Source of the DNA: Candidatus Tectimicrobiota bacterium
Lineage (GTDB): Bacteria; JACPUC01
Direction: 5' to 3'
DNA length: 64,000 bases
Assembly: GCA_016192455.1 (NCBI GenBank)
Contig: JACPUC010000003.1
Location: 62,001-126,000, forward strand
A program made the translations under genes and the position numbers. The notes below the pieces were generated by a model. That model did no database searches. It saw nothing but the letters and a program-made list of their open reading frames with translations, and was not told the DNA's origin. Shown in pieces: positions 10,152-19,217 of the stretch. Numbering within the stretch: position 1 is the stretch's first letter; every line of letters begins with the position of its first letter.

Positions 10152-10557
10152 TCTCCCCTCATGCGACCCTACGGTTGTCAAGCCGTGAAGCGACAAGGCA
10201 ACGATGCGGCAAGTGTAAACCGAGGCCGGCTCCACTGTCAATGTGCCTCCCCGCCTGCCGTGACAGGATGCGGTGGGTGGCGGCGGGCTGACGCGCTGGG
10301 GAGTGGAGAGTGCTGGGCGGGCGGCTGGCAAGGGAGGCGCCGGCATCTGTCAAGAGAGGCACGCGGCGTGACGACGAAGCCGTTGCGCTCCCCTTCTTGC
10401 GCCAGCCGCTGTCCAGCCGCACTGGCCCGACCGCGACCGGGGCAGAGGCCGGCTGGTGATGAGCTGGATCGGAGAGACGCTGGAGCCGCGAACAAGGGAA
10501 GCAGGATGGCGGCGCGCCGGCGGGGCGCCGAGGCGCGGAAATGTCTGCGGGGAGGGG

Positions 10558-10837
10558 CTAGTATCGTCTCCCCTACGTTCCATCACCTAATCCTGAGAGG
10601 GGACCTTCTCCCCAACCGCGCCCGCGGGGGCTGATCGTAGGGGCGGGGCTTGCCCCGCCCGCAACCTCAGTCTAGGAAGGAACCATGTCTCCTCGCGCGC
10701 CCCGGCGTGTAGGGGCGGTTCGCGAACCGCCCCTACGGGATGGGAGTGTGGGGGAGCATGGGTTCCTCACAAGCCCCTTGCCAATGCAGCGAACAGCGCC
10801 GCAACGACGTGAGCGAACTTCTGAGACGCAACACTAG
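10558..10837 (+). mobile_element. MITE-like element, copy B (direct repeat of copy A)
   Basis: 280 bp, 275/280 identical to 3388-3667, CTAG at both ends. Confidence 0.85.
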
Positions 10838-11775
10838 CGGACGGCGATGAGGAGGTAGAGGTCCCCGCAGGCGGCGGGCGTGCCCCCGGGCATGCCCTTG
10901 CCGGCCAGGCGCAGCTTCGTGCCATCCCGGACGCCGGCGGGGATCTTCACTTTGATGCGCTCTTTCTGGCCGTTGCGGCGGTAAGCGATGAACTTCTCCG
11001 CGCCGCGCGCCGCTTCCCGCCTCGAGAGGGGGAGCCGGAAACTGAGATCGGCTGCGCGCGCTCCGTCGGCCCCGGCGCTCTGCGCGGCGGTTGCCACGGG
11101 CGGCGCTTCGTCAACCGTCTGCTGGTTGGCCCCCGGCGCGCTTGGCGCGCCCACCAGATAGCCGAGCGCCTTGCGGCCCAGTTTGGCGAGCAGCGACTCG
11201 CCGGGGTTGCGCGCGCCCTCGTCCTCGTCCGCCTCGAGGCGGGCGTTTCGGGCGGCGCCGCCCATCCGTCCCCCCTCGTCCCTGTCTCCGACGTGCCGCC
11301 GACCGAAGCCGGTGTTGCCGAAACGCCACGTCCTCCCCAAGGGACCGAAGATGACCCCGCCGAAGAAGATGCCGCTGCGCTTAAAGAAGAGGTTGTTGAA
11401 GAACTGCTCGTCGAAGCGGATGCCGAAGCGCTGGAACTCCCGCTGCAGCTCGGCGAAGATGTCGGCCGCTTGCGGGTTCTGGAAGATGTCGCGGAAGATC
11501 TCCTCCTGCGAGTAGGAGAAGCCGCCCGCCTGGCGGCGATCAAAGCCGGCCGCCCGCAGGTGGTCGTACTGGGCGCGTTTCTCCGCATCCATCAGCACGC
11601 CGTACGCCTCGCTGATCTCCTTGAAACGCTCCTCGGCGGCGGGGTTGCCGCCGTTGCGGTCGGGATGGTACTCGAACGCCAGCCGGCGGTACGCCTTGCG
11701 AATCTCCTCCGCTGGGGCGTTCGGCTCCACGCCGAGAATCTTGTAGTAGTCCTTCGCGGACGAGCGCGGGCTCAT
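10834..11775 (-). CDS. DnaJ/CbpA-like J-domain co-chaperone without zinc finger
   Basis: [22 protein letters not shown]-rich region, VKIPAGV..G..LRLAGKG, GDLYL. Confidence 0.9.
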   Translation of the reverse strand: MSPRSSAKDYYKILGVEPNAPAEEIRKAYRRLAFEYHPDRNGGNPAAEERFKEISEAYGVLMDAEKRAQYDHLRAAGFDRRQAGGFSYSQEEIFRDIFQNPQAADIFAELQREFQRFGIRFDEQFFNNLFFKRSGIFFGGVIFGPLGRTWRFGNTGFGRRHVGDRDEGGRMGGAARNARLEADEDEGARNPGESLLAKLGRKALGYLVGAPSAPGANQQTVDEAPPVATAAQSAGADGARAADLSFRLPLSRREAARGAEKFIAYRRNGQKERIKVKIPAGVRDGTKLRLAGKGMPGGTPAACGDLYLLIAVR

Positions 11776-11953
11776 CGTTCCCTCTTCCGCGGGCAACCAG
11801 GCCGGGAGATACGAGAAATCACCCCGCCGCGCGCCTTCACAGCGACACCGGCAGCGTCAACTCACCTCCAACATAGGGATAGCCGCCAGGCCTGTCAATG
11901 AGTCGTCATGTCCACCCCGCTGCCACCGCAGCGGTTGCCGCTGGCGCGAGGGG

Positions 11954-13279
11954 TTACGCGCCGTACGCCTCCGCCAGCAGGGTGATGGGATGGACGACGC
12001 GGCAGGTCAGGCCGGCGCGCGCCACCCCCAGGCGAAGCTGCAGGAGGCAGCCGGGGTTGCCGCTGGCGATGATGTCCGGCGCGGCGGCGGCGATGTGCGC
12101 CATCTTGCGGTCGAGGATTTGCAGGGAGAGGTCGGCGTGGGCGAGGGTGTAGATGCCGGCGCTGCCGCAGCAGGCGTCGGCCTCCGGGAAATCGACCAGC
12201 TCAACTCCCTGGATCAGGCGCAACAGCTCGCGCGGCTGGCGGCTGATCTGCTGCCCGTGCAGGAGGTGGCAGGGGTCGTCATAGGCGACGCGCGCCGCGA
12301 CGGCCTTCGGCGGCCGCTTCAGCTCGAGCGCCGCCAGGAACTCGCTCACGTCGCGCACCTTCGCCGCGAAGGCGCGGGCGCGCTCGGCGTAGGCCGCATC
12401 CGCCGCCAGGAGCCGGCCGTAGCTCTTCAGGTGCGCGCCGCAGCCGGCGGCGTTGACGAGGACGGCGTCGCAGGCCAGCTCCCCGAGCTGGTCGATGACG
12501 CGCCGCGCCATGGCGCGGGCCTCCTCGCCCCGCCCCGCATGGGCGTGCAGGGCGCCGCAGCAGCTCTGCGGGCGCGGCACCAGGACGTCGCAGCCGTTGG
12601 CCCGCAGGACGCCCACCGTCGCCTCGTGGACGTCATCGAAAAGCACGTCCATGACGCAGCCGGTCAGCAGCGCCACCGTGGCCCGGCGCTCATGGCGGGC
12701 CCGATACACCGGCTTCGCCCGCAGGCTGAAGGAGCCCCCCGCCGTGGGGGGGAGCATGGCGGCGAAGTTGCGCTGTTCCGGCGACAGGAGCGCCCGCGCC
12801 GGCCCCAGGAGGAGCGGCCGCGCCCAGCGCAGCAGCGCAAAGGCGGCGCGCAGCAGCGCCGGCCTGGCAATCAGGTGGCGCAGCAGCAGTTCGCCCTGGC
12901 TCCCCTGCTGGTAGCGCTGCGGCGCCGCCCGGTAGAGGCGTTCGCGCGCCGACTCCATCAGCGCCCCGAACCGCACCCCGGAAGGGCAGGCCGTCTCGCA
13001 GGCGCGGCAGTTGAGGCAGAGGTCGAGGTGCTTGATGTAGTTGTCGGTCAAGCCGATGCGCCCCTCGGCCTGGGCGCGGATGAGGTAGATGCGGCCGCGC
13101 GGCGAGTCGGTCTCGCGGCCCAGGGCACGGTACGTCGGGCAGTGGTCGAGGCAGAGACCGCAGTGGATGCACGGCAACGCCAGGTCGATGCCGGATCCGT
13201 TCGCCTCGCCGGGCGCCGTGGTCGAGGCGGCGGCGTCGGGGAGATCGGCGCGCTCGCCGCCGGGAGTGAGGGGACCCAC
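11954..13279 (-). CDS. glcF: Glycolate oxidase iron-sulfur subunit
   Basis: CIHCGLCLDHCP and CLNCRACETACP ferredoxin motifs plus two CCG domains; follows glcD and glcE. Confidence 0.85.
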   Translation of the reverse strand: MGPLTPGGERADLPDAAASTTAPGEANGSGIDLALPCIHCGLCLDHCPTYRALGRETDSPRGRIYLIRAQAEGRIGLTDNYIKHLDLCLNCRACETACPSGVRFGALMESARERLYRAAPQRYQQGSQGELLLRHLIARPALLRAAFALLRWARPLLLGPARALLSPEQRNFAAMLPPTAGGSFSLRAKPVYRARHERRATVALLTGCVMDVLFDDVHEATVGVLRANGCDVLVPRPQSCCGALHAHAGRGEEARAMARRVIDQLGELACDAVLVNAAGCGAHLKSYGRLLAADAAYAERARAFAAKVRDVSEFLAALELKRPPKAVAARVAYDDPCHLLHGQQISRQPRELLRLIQGVELVDFPEADACCGSAGIYTLAHADLSLQILDRKMAHIAAAAPDIIASGNPGCLLQLRLGVARAGLTCRVVHPITLLAEAYGA

Positions 13280-13280
13280 G

Positions 13281-14654
13281 CTAGATGCCTCCTGCGAATC
13301 GGCCGGGGTTCATCACCCCGTTCGGGTCGTACTGCTGCTTCAGGGCGCGCATGATCGGCAGCGCCCCCCCCACTTCGCCCCAGGTCTCGCAGTGCTGCTT
13401 GAACGCCGGCTCGGCGCGCTCCAGGATGAGGCAGCCCCCCTGCGCGACGGCCCGCTGGCGCGCCCGCCGCACGCTCGCCGCGGCTTCCTCCAGGCGCTCC
13501 GCTTCGTAGAACGCCGCAAGCCGCGCCTCGCCGTTGCCGGCCTGGGCGTAGATGTAAGGGGTGAAACCGCCGGCGCGCAGATCATCCTGCACCGCCTGGA
13601 GGAAGCCGGCGAGGCCGGAGACCGGCAGGCTGGCGGCGGCGAGGAAGAACGGGCGATCGAAGGAGGCCAGCACCTTCGGGAAATCCTGGATGATGTTCCA
13701 GATCATCGTGGTGTCGAGGCCGTCCAGGACGATCCACTCGCTGCTCAGGCCGCCGGCGTGCCGCCGCGTGATCTCGTCCAGGCTGCGCTGCAGCTCGCTC
13801 TGCGTCCCCTCCAGGCCGATGAGCAGGGCGCACGTCTCCCCGGCGGGCTCGAGGTTGGCGCGCTCGGCCAGCAGGCTGAGGGCCGGCTGGTTGAGAAGGT
13901 CGAGCGCCGTCGGCACGAGGCAGGACCCGCGGATACGCCGCAGGGCCTCGCAGGCGCCGTCGAGCTCCCGCGCCATGAGGAGGAGGACGCTCTCCTTCAG
14001 CGGCAGCGGCTGCAGCTTGCACGTGCACTCGACAAGCACGCCCAACGTCCCGAAGGAGCCGATGTAGAGCTTCATGAGGTCGTAGCCGGTGACGTTTTTG
14101 ACGACCCGGCCGCCGGCGCGCGCCACCGTGCCGTCCGGCAGCACGATCGTCGTCCCCAGGACGAGGTCGCGCATGCCGCCGTGGCCGTAGCGCCGCGAGC
14201 CGACGCTGGCCGCCGCCATGATGCCGCCGATGGTGGCCTCCTCGACGAACGGCGGGTCGATGGGGAGCCATTGGCGGCTGGGGCGCAGCATCTCCTGCAG
14301 CCTCTTCAGGCGCAGCCCGGCCTGCATCGTGGCGGTGAGGTCCCCCGGCACGTGGTCGACCAGCCGGTCGAGGCGCTCCAGCCCAAGGACGAGGCCGGGA
14401 CGAGCCGGCACGTTGCCCGTCGCCAGCTTGCTGCCGCCGCCGCGCGGCCAGACGGCGACCCCGCGCGCGTTCGCCCAGCGCAGCACCGCCGCCACCTCTT
14501 CGACCGTGGCGGGGAAGACGGCCCCCAACGCCGCCACGCCGTCGACGGCGTAACCGTCGGCGCCAGTCGGGGCTACGGAGGAGAATGCCTCGGCGGGCAG
14601 CTCGCAGCGCAAGGTTGAGAGGTCCAGGGTCGTCGGGTCGGTCATGTTCGTCAC
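13281..14654 (-). CDS. glcE: Glycolate oxidase FAD-binding subunit
   Basis: PRGGGSK, GGRVVKNVTGYDL, GSFGTLG, K..YDPNGVMNPG. Confidence 0.85.
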   Translation of the reverse strand: MTNMTDPTTLDLSTLRCELPAEAFSSVAPTGADGYAVDGVAALGAVFPATVEEVAAVLRWANARGVAVWPRGGGSKLATGNVPARPGLVLGLERLDRLVDHVPGDLTATMQAGLRLKRLQEMLRPSRQWLPIDPPFVEEATIGGIMAAASVGSRRYGHGGMRDLVLGTTIVLPDGTVARAGGRVVKNVTGYDLMKLYIGSFGTLGVLVECTCKLQPLPLKESVLLLMARELDGACEALRRIRGSCLVPTALDLLNQPALSLLAERANLEPAGETCALLIGLEGTQSELQRSLDEITRRHAGGLSSEWIVLDGLDTTMIWNIIQDFPKVLASFDRPFFLAAASLPVSGLAGFLQAVQDDLRAGGFTPYIYAQAGNGEARLAAFYEAERLEEAAASVRRARQRAVAQGGCLILERAEPAFKQHCETWGEVGGALPIMRALKQQYDPNGVMNPGRFAGGI

Positions 14655-14675
14655 GCACGAGGGAGCGGGGGCTGC

Positions 14676-16109
14676 TCAGGCGGAAACGTTCGGCGCCTTG
14701 GCGAAGGGCCTGGTCTCGACACAGCGGCCGGGCGTGGGAAAGACCTTGCCGGGGTTGCACAGCCCCTCGGGGTTGAAGACGCTGCGCACCCGCTGCATCA
14801 GCTCGAGGTCTTGGTCAGTAAAGAACCAGGGCATCCACTCGCGCTTCTCCAGGCCGATGCCGTGCTCGCCGCTGAGCGAGCCGCCGAGATCGACGCAGAC
14901 CCGCAAAATCTCCTCCCCCGCCTTCAGGGCGCGCTCCTGATCGCCGGGCTTGCGGTCATCGAAGAGCACGAGAGGGTGCAGGTTGCCGTCGCCGGCGTGG
15001 AAGACGTTGGCGATGCCCAGGCCGTGCTTCTCGACAATGGCGTAGATGCGCCGCAGCGCCTCCGGCAGCTTGGTGCGCGGGATCACGCCGTCGTGGGTGT
15101 AGAAGCTGCGCGTCACCCGGCCCAGCGCCCCGAAGGCCTCCTTGCGCGCCTTCCAGAGCAGGGCGCGCTCGGCGTCGTCCTTGGCGACGCGCACCTCCAG
15201 GCTGCCGTTCTGCCGGCAGATGGCCTCGATGCGCTCAGCCAGCTCGTCGAGGCCGTCGCGGATGCCGTCGAGCTCGATGAGGAGCACCGCCCCCGCAGCC
15301 GCCGGGAAGCCGAGGTGCAGGTACGCTTCCACCGCCCGCAGCACGAAGTGGTCGATCATCTCCAGGGCCGCCGGGATGATGCCGGCGCCGATGATCTCCG
15401 TCACCGTGGAGCTGGCGGCATCGATGCTCGGGAAGACCGCGGCCAGCGTCTTGTACGCCTCGGGCAGGCGGGTCAGGCGGACGATGATCTTGGTGATGAT
15501 GCCGAAGGTCCCCTCCGAGCCGACGAGGAGGCCGGTGAGGTCGTAGCCGGGGCCGCGTCCCGCGCGGCTGCCGCAGGTGATCGTCTCGCCGTTCGGCAGC
15601 ACCATTTCGAGCCCCAGCACGTGGTTGGTGGTGACCCCGTACTTCAGCGTGTGCGGGCCGCCGGAGTTCTCGGCCGCGTTGCCGCCCAGGGTGCAGGCCG
15701 CCTGGCTGGAGGGGTCCGGCGCGTAGTAGAGCCCCATCCCCTGCACCGCCTGGCTGAGGCGCAGGTTCACCAGGCCCGGCTCGACGACCGCCACCTGGTT
15801 GACCTCGTCGATCTCGAGCACGCGGTTCATCCGCGCCATCTCGATGAGCACGCCCCCCTCCACCGGCAGGGCGCCGCCGCTCAGGCCGGTGCCGGCGCCG
15901 CGCGCCAGGAAGGGGACGCGCAGGCGGTGGCAGAGGCGCACCACCTCGGCGATCTGCTCGGCCGTCGTCGGAAAGACCACCGCCGTCGGCAGGGCGCGCT
16001 CAATCGTGTGGCCGTCGCACTCGTAGACCAGCAGCTCGTCCGCCGCCGAGGTCACCGCCTCGACCCCGAGCAGCTTTTCCAACGACTGGATCAGGCTTGC
16101 GGATTCCAT
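14676..16109 (-). CDS. glcD: Glycolate oxidase subunit D (FAD-linked oxidase)
   Basis: RGAGTGLSGG, PDPSSQ, HTLKYG, FHAGDGNLHP, SGEHGIG, NPGK. Confidence 0.9.
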   Translation of the reverse strand: MESASLIQSLEKLLGVEAVTSAADELLVYECDGHTIERALPTAVVFPTTAEQIAEVVRLCHRLRVPFLARGAGTGLSGGALPVEGGVLIEMARMNRVLEIDEVNQVAVVEPGLVNLRLSQAVQGMGLYYAPDPSSQAACTLGGNAAENSGGPHTLKYGVTTNHVLGLEMVLPNGETITCGSRAGRGPGYDLTGLLVGSEGTFGIITKIIVRLTRLPEAYKTLAAVFPSIDAASSTVTEIIGAGIIPAALEMIDHFVLRAVEAYLHLGFPAAAGAVLLIELDGIRDGLDELAERIEAICRQNGSLEVRVAKDDAERALLWKARKEAFGALGRVTRSFYTHDGVIPRTKLPEALRRIYAIVEKHGLGIANVFHAGDGNLHPLVLFDDRKPGDQERALKAGEEILRVCVDLGGSLSGEHGIGLEKREWMPWFFTDQDLELMQRVRSVFNPEGLCNPGKVFPTPGRCVETRPFAKAPNVSA

Positions 16110-16373
16110 ACGCTAGAAGGTACGGTGAAGAAGAGGCGGTTTGCAAGTCCTTCCGGCTGCGGTGAGCGGAGGGCACGGAAGCGGGAATAGCTTGCCCCGC
16201 GTCTCAAGTTAAAGAATAATGGCGCGCAGACCGCCTCCGCCCCGGGGAGTTGCAACTCCGCCCAGGACATCGGGGAGGGCGGCGGGGTCGCCGCGGTGCG
16301 GCGACCCGGCGGCTGCTGGCCGCGATGCGGCATTACGTCCAAGCCACGAGCTCTGGAAAGGGGGGAAACGCGC

Positions 16374-17000
16374 ATGCAACCGCGCTCCGACTACTACGAC
16401 ATGCCGCCGGACAAGTGGATCAGCTTCAAGTATTGCGACCTCACGAAGCTGATCAAAATCCGCTTCAGCCGCCAGATCAGGAAGCGCTACGCGAATTTCG
16501 ACGCCGCCGTGCGCCTCGGCGAGACGGCCCCCGAGGTGGACCTGCGGGGCGACGACGGCAGGCGCTACCGGCTCTCCGAGCGCGTCGGCAAGAAGTACGT
16601 CGTCATGAGCTTCGGCGCCATCACGTGACCCCCCTACCGCGGGCAGGTGCCCGCCCTGGAGGAGATCGCGCGCGCGTACGACGACGTGGACGTCTGGCAC
16701 ATGTACGTGCGCGAGCCGCACCCGCAGGAGCGCAAGTTCAAGAAGTACTGGCCCCACAAGGACTACGAGCACCGCGTGGCGTACGCCAAGGAGATGCGCG
16801 AAGTGCTGCACATCGCCTCCCCCATCGTCATCGACGGCATGGACGAGAAGGTGCACCACGCCTACGGCAACATGCCGAACGCGGTCTACGTCATCGACAA
16901 GGCGGGCAAGGTCGTCTACAAGGCCAACTGGACCGACTCGCCGGTAATCGATCAGGTGCTCGCCCAGCTCCATGCGGAAGAGACCCCCGTGGCTCGCTAG
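16374..17000 (+). CDS. Iodothyronine-deiodinase-like, peroxiredoxin-fold selenoprotein (UGA at 16626-16628 read as Sec), 208 aa
   Basis: ORFs 16296..16628 and 16647..17000 share a frame. Read-through gives APEVDL...FGAIT-U-PPY...YVREPHP...DGMD...AYGNMPNAVYVID, matching the deiodinase motifs FGS(C/A)TUPPF and YIEEAH. Confidence 0.85.
16629..16662 (+). promoter_or_regulatory. Candidate bacterial SECIS element
   Basis: Stem GCGGGC (16639-44) / GCCCGC (16649-54) with loop AGGU; the loop starts 16 nt after UGA and has G at position 2. Confidence 0.7.
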
Positions 17001-17200
17001 TGTTGGTACTCGCAAGTTCGCTCACATAGTTGCGGTGTTGCTCACTGCATCGGCAAGGGGCTTGTGCGGGACCCATGCTCCCCCACATCCCCCCATCCCG
17101 TAGGGGCGGTTCGCGAACCGCCCCTACAAGGCGGGGTGCGCGAGGGGACAAGATTCCCTGGCAGACTTCGGTTCCGGGCGGGGCAAGCCCCGCCCCTACG
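16997..17200 (-). mobile_element. MITE-like element, copy C (inverted, diverged, one end missing)
   Basis: CTAG-tgttggtactcgcaagttcgc end, then GTAGGGGCGGTTCGCGAACCGCCCCTAC and GGGCGGGGCAAGCCCCGCCC hairpins. Confidence 0.8.
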
Positions 17201-17289
17201 AAGCGGGGGGCCTGGGGGATCAAGGATGCCCCAGGGTCCCTCGCTTATAAGTCCGAAATCGCCCCTCCCGTCCTCCTGCCTTCCTCGCC

Positions 17290-19149
17290 TCAGCCCCCCT
17301 CCGCCGGCTCCAGGTAGCCTTTCCACCAGTAGTAGAGAATCCCCGCCGCCTCATGGGCCAGGGCGCCGAGCTGCTGCGCGCTGATGCCGCGGGTGTGCTC
17401 GTAGAAGCTGCTCGTGCGCACCGGCGCCGGCAGGAACCGCACCCTCGGCGCCTGCCGCTGGAAGGTCAGCATCGCCCGGCGCATGTGGTACGACGCGGAG
17501 ACGAGGAGCACCGAGCTCCAGCCGTGGGACGCGGCGAGTTCGCTGACGTAGCGCGCGTACTGGAACGTGTTGACGCCGCGCTCCTCGAGGAGGATCGCCT
17601 TCTCCGGCACCCCCAGCGACATCAGGATGCGGCGCAGGTCGCGCGTCTCGCGTTCCACGTAGCGGAAGCCGCTGACGACCACGACCGTGCCGGAGAGGCC
17701 GCGCGCATAGAGCTCGCCGGCGGCGTGGGCGCGCTCGAAGGTGCTGGTGCCAGGCCGTCCCGTCTCGCCGACGCCGCCGGCGAGCACGACGATGGCGCTG
17801 CTCGGTTGCGGCGGCGCCGCCATCAGCAAGGGGCCGGCAAGCCGCCAGACGAGGGGCGACTCGAAGATCACCAGGTAGAGGAGGAGCAGCGCCGCCAGCC
17901 CCTGGGCGGTGCGCGCGTAGGTGCGCCGGACCACCTGGCGCATGCGGCGCTGCCAGGTCTTGGCGCGCTCGTGGCGGAGCTGCTCGAGGCGGGCGGAGAT
18001 GAGCACGGAGAGCGCCTCCATGCGCCGCGGCCAGTGGTAGGTCTGGGCGATGGCGCGGCGTCGGCTGCGGCGCTCGGGGGTATCCTGGGCCAGCTCCGCC
18101 GCAATGGCCGCGACGAAGGCGGGCGCATCACCGGCGAGCGACAGGAGGGGGCCGTGCTCGTCGCGGAAGGCGCTGACCTCCGGCAGCGGCGTGGAGACCA
18201 CCGGCAGCCCGAAGGCGAAGTACTCCGGCAGCTTGGCGGGGAAGACGTTGTCGGTATAGGCGCTGCGCGCGTAAGGGATGAGCGCCACGTCGAAGGCGGC
18301 CAGGTACGCCCCCAGCTCGGCGTGCGGGCGCTCGCCCAGGAAGTGCGCGTTCGGCAACCCCGCCAGCGGCCCGGGGTCCGCTTGCAGCGGCCCCACGAAG
18401 ACGAACGACCATTGCGGCGCCTGCCGCGCCGCCGCCGCCAGGAGGGCGAAATCGACGTGCTGGTGGATTCCCCCGACGTAGCCGATGATCGGGCGCGGCA
18501 GGCGCGCCAGCTCCGCCGGGGGCTCGGCGGGACCAGCGAGGTGCTCGAGGTTGACGCCGTAAGAGAGCTGGTAGGTCTCGCCGTTCTCCCGCAGCGAGTC
18601 CCGCGCCAGACTGCGCGAGTTCGTGATGACGAGGTCGGCGGCGCGCAGCATGCGGCGCTCGAAGGACTCGATGCGGCGCGCCTGCGGCGAGCTGCTGCGG
18701 AAATCGTCGGCGCGGTGGTAAAGGAGGAGCTTGCCGTCGAGGCGCCTGGCCAGGTTCAGGGCCAGGGGGGTGGGCAGGAACGACCAGACGATGGGGTTGG
18801 CGAAGCCGAGGGACTTCATCCAGCGGCGCACCACCCGCCAGATAACGGCGCCGTTGATCCAGCGGGCCAGGCGCGAATAGGGGAAGGGCAGCAGGAGAGG
18901 CGACAGGATGTAGAGGTTCTCGGACTCCTGCCGCACGCCGGCGTAGCTGCGCCACCAGTTGCGCAGGCGCTGCTTCAGGCGCGGCAGGTCCGCGAGGCGC
19001 GGGCGGCGCACCCCGGTGTTCTCGATGTAGAGCACCCGGTTCCCGGCCTGGGCCAGGCGGGACATGATCTCCTGCTGCCCCTGCCAGAGAAAGTCCCAGT
19101 CAATGGAGGAGATGCAGACGATATCGTGGTTCTGCACGGTGCTGGTCAT
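17290..19149 (-). CDS. TuaH-like glycosyltransferase fused to a YdcF/ElyC (DUF218) domain
   Basis: IDWDFLWQGQQ, IGYVGG, FDVALIPY, FPAKLPEY; TM linker; AIVVLAGG, ILLEE..VNT, LVSASYHMRRA, HE..G. Confidence 0.82.
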   Translation of the reverse strand: MTSTVQNHDIVCISSIDWDFLWQGQQEIMSRLAQAGNRVLYIENTGVRRPRLADLPRLKQRLRNWWRSYAGVRQESENLYILSPLLLPFPYSRLARWINGAVIWRVVRRWMKSLGFANPIVWSFLPTPLALNLARRLDGKLLLYHRADDFRSSSPQARRIESFERRMLRAADLVITNSRSLARDSLRENGETYQLSYGVNLEHLAGPAEPPAELARLPRPIIGYVGGIHQHVDFALLAAAARQAPQWSFVFVGPLQADPGPLAGLPNAHFLGERPHAELGAYLAAFDVALIPYARSAYTDNVFPAKLPEYFAFGLPVVSTPLPEVSAFRDEHGPLLSLAGDAPAFVAAIAAELAQDTPERRSRRRAIAQTYHWPRRMEALSVLISARLEQLRHERAKTWQRRMRQVVRRTYARTAQGLAALLLLYLVIFESPLVWRLAGPLLMAAPPQPSSAIVVLAGGVGETGRPGTSTFERAHAAGELYARGLSGTVVVVSGFRYVERETRDLRRILMSLGVPEKAILLEERGVNTFQYARYVSELAASHGWSSVLLVSASYHMRRAMLTFQRQAPRVRFLPAPVRTSSFYEHTRGISAQQLGALAHEAAGILYYWWKGYLEPAEGG

Positions 19150-19217
19150 CCACCTGAGAAAGCCCGCAGGCCGCAGCGGTAGACGGCCCGGCTGGCTTGC
19201 ACGAGGCCGGCGTTCCT

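Noticed and set aside
16296-17000. Pseudogene or two small genes (the same question applies to grdA)
   Set aside because: The UGA falls exactly at the catalytic position, the frame is preserved, a SECIS-like hairpin follows, and a second independent selenoprotein is in the window.
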